Origin: Squalus acanthias
Lineage: Eukaryota
Direction: 5' to 3'
Length of the DNA stretch: 64,000 nt
Assembly (NCBI GenBank): GCA_030390025.1
Contig: CM059445.1
Coordinates: 38,626,001-38,690,000 of the forward strand
A model generated the notes under the pieces. That model worked only from the letters and a program-made list of their open reading frames with translations. It was not told where the DNA came from and did not search any database. How positions within the stretch are numbered: the first letter of the stretch is position 1; every line of letters starts with the position of its first letter. Both the position numbers and the translations under genes were made by a program. Positions 62,661 through 64,000 of this stretch are shown here, one piece after another.

Positions 62661-64000
62661 GGGCTGGTATTTTCCTTGCCTTGGTGGGTCCTGTGCGGCC
62701 AGTGTCCGTGGCGAGTTCTGACCCTGCTACAGGCTCCATCCCGCTGTACAAAATGAACTTATCTTAATGGGGCCTATTAAGCCCGCACAGCGCGTTACCC
62801 AGCCCAATTAGATGGAGCAGGTCTGGTGACATCATTCATGACTCGTTTTAAGCCGGGATCCTTACTCTACAATAATATATTAAAAGTTATGTATGAGTGA
62901 CAAAGAAATATTTAAATAATATTATCATTAAGTAATGATGCATCTTCAAATATGATCAAGAACATAATTTAAAAAGTACATTAATCGGAAAGTTATTGGT
63001 GCTTTAGTCACAATTCTATAAACTTTTGTATCAGTAACTAGTGCAAATAAAAGATGTGTGTATAGGTAATACCTAAAATGAAGCAGATTTTAAATGTAAT
63101 TGTAAAGGGGTGGATTTACAATCTTTTGCAAGTTCAGCAGTAGAGCTGCGGAATCCCTGACAAACAGTGTAAGTGATGCTTACAATGTGTTTCTGGGATT
63201 TCTGCAGCTCTTCTGTTGAAGTTAACAATGGACAAGTGAGAGAACCTCTTCAGAAATTCACCCTAAAGTCTCAGACTGAAAAATTAAATACCCATTTTTA
63301 GGGACTGAAAGCAAATTGAACCCGTGGAATGAGTGATGAGAATGAAATTGTTACCGGTTAATGACTTGATTTAATGCAAAACTAGACAATCACAAGTATA
63401 CTGTGAGAAAAACCTGACCAGAAACAACACAAAAATGTATTTAAATGGTATATGTCATTTTTTACAGTGCAGGTCAATTCACTGCAATTACTCAACATAA
63501 GCTCGAGGAACAGCACCTCATCTTTTGGTTAGGTACTTTACAGTCTTCTGGACTCAACATAGAGTTCAACAATTTCAGGCCATAACCTCTGCCCCTATCC
63601 TTTTTTCCATTTATTTTATTATTATTTTTAATTTTTTGTTTTTTACTCTCCCACATGGCAGCTGTCTTTCATTCTGCCAGTGCCATTTACACTTCATCTA
63701 GAGCAATCTTTGCTCTGAACTTGTCCCATTACCATCTCCTTTTGCCTTGCACCATCTCTTAATCTCTCCTGCCTTCCATCCTATCACAGATCTTCCCTTT
63801 TGTTCTTTCCTCCCCTCCCCGCCTTTCCCTTCGCCTGCACTAGCTTAAAAATCTGTTCCATCTCCAGCTTTTTCCAGTTCTGACGAAGGGTCATCGACCT
63901 GAAAAGTTAACTGTTTCTTTCTCCACAGATGCTGCCTGACCTGCTGAGTATTTCCAGCGTTTTCTGTTTTTATTTCACTGCAATTACTGTTGAGTTTCAA
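62661..64000 (+). mobile_element. Non-autonomous Harbinger element, family E copy 2 (runs off the window)
   Basis: Colinear with 32846-33745 apart from a deletion after gggatcctta and a PLE insertion. Confidence 0.9.
63493..63973 (+). mobile_element. 5'-truncated Penelope-like element: GIY-YIG C-terminus, 3' UTR and hammerhead-containing terminal repeat
   Basis: Reads QHKLEEQHLIFWLGTLQSSGLNIEFNNFR. Hammerhead CAGTT-CTGACGA-A-GGGTC(atc)GACCT-GAAA-AGTT-AACTG at 63875-63913. 15-bp TSD TTCACTGCAATTACT at 63478-63492 and 63974-63988, with the empty site visible at about 33722-33736. Confidence 0.92.

Overview
Repeat-rich, non-coding vertebrate DNA, most likely from a cartilaginous fish (inferred from the repeat families). 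It is probably intergenic or within a long intron; I found no host protein-coding exon. The window holds a 3.77-kb PIF/Harbinger transposon (28930-32695) with TIRs, an ATA target-site duplication, a decayed DDE transposase on + and a convergent, spliced Myb/SANT-like gene on -. About ten non-autonomous Harbinger elements from about five families accompany it. It also holds two MITE-interrupted solo LTRs, a Tc1/pogo-type MITE, many CR1 and L2 LINE fragments, tRNA-derived SINEs and several Penelope-like element (PLE) ends carrying minimal hammerhead-ribozyme motifs. The most interesting signals are: (i) PLE fold-back insertions whose junctions fall on ribozyme landmarks; (ii) a 44-bp-period array of a constant linker plus a variable hairpin inside a long solo LTR; (iii) a covarying inverted repeat shared between different MITE families; and (iv) a cargo-carrying Harbinger element present twice, with one copy showing the empty site of a PLE insertion. 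All calls come from reading the sequence by eye, with no database search, and boundaries of old repeats are approximate.
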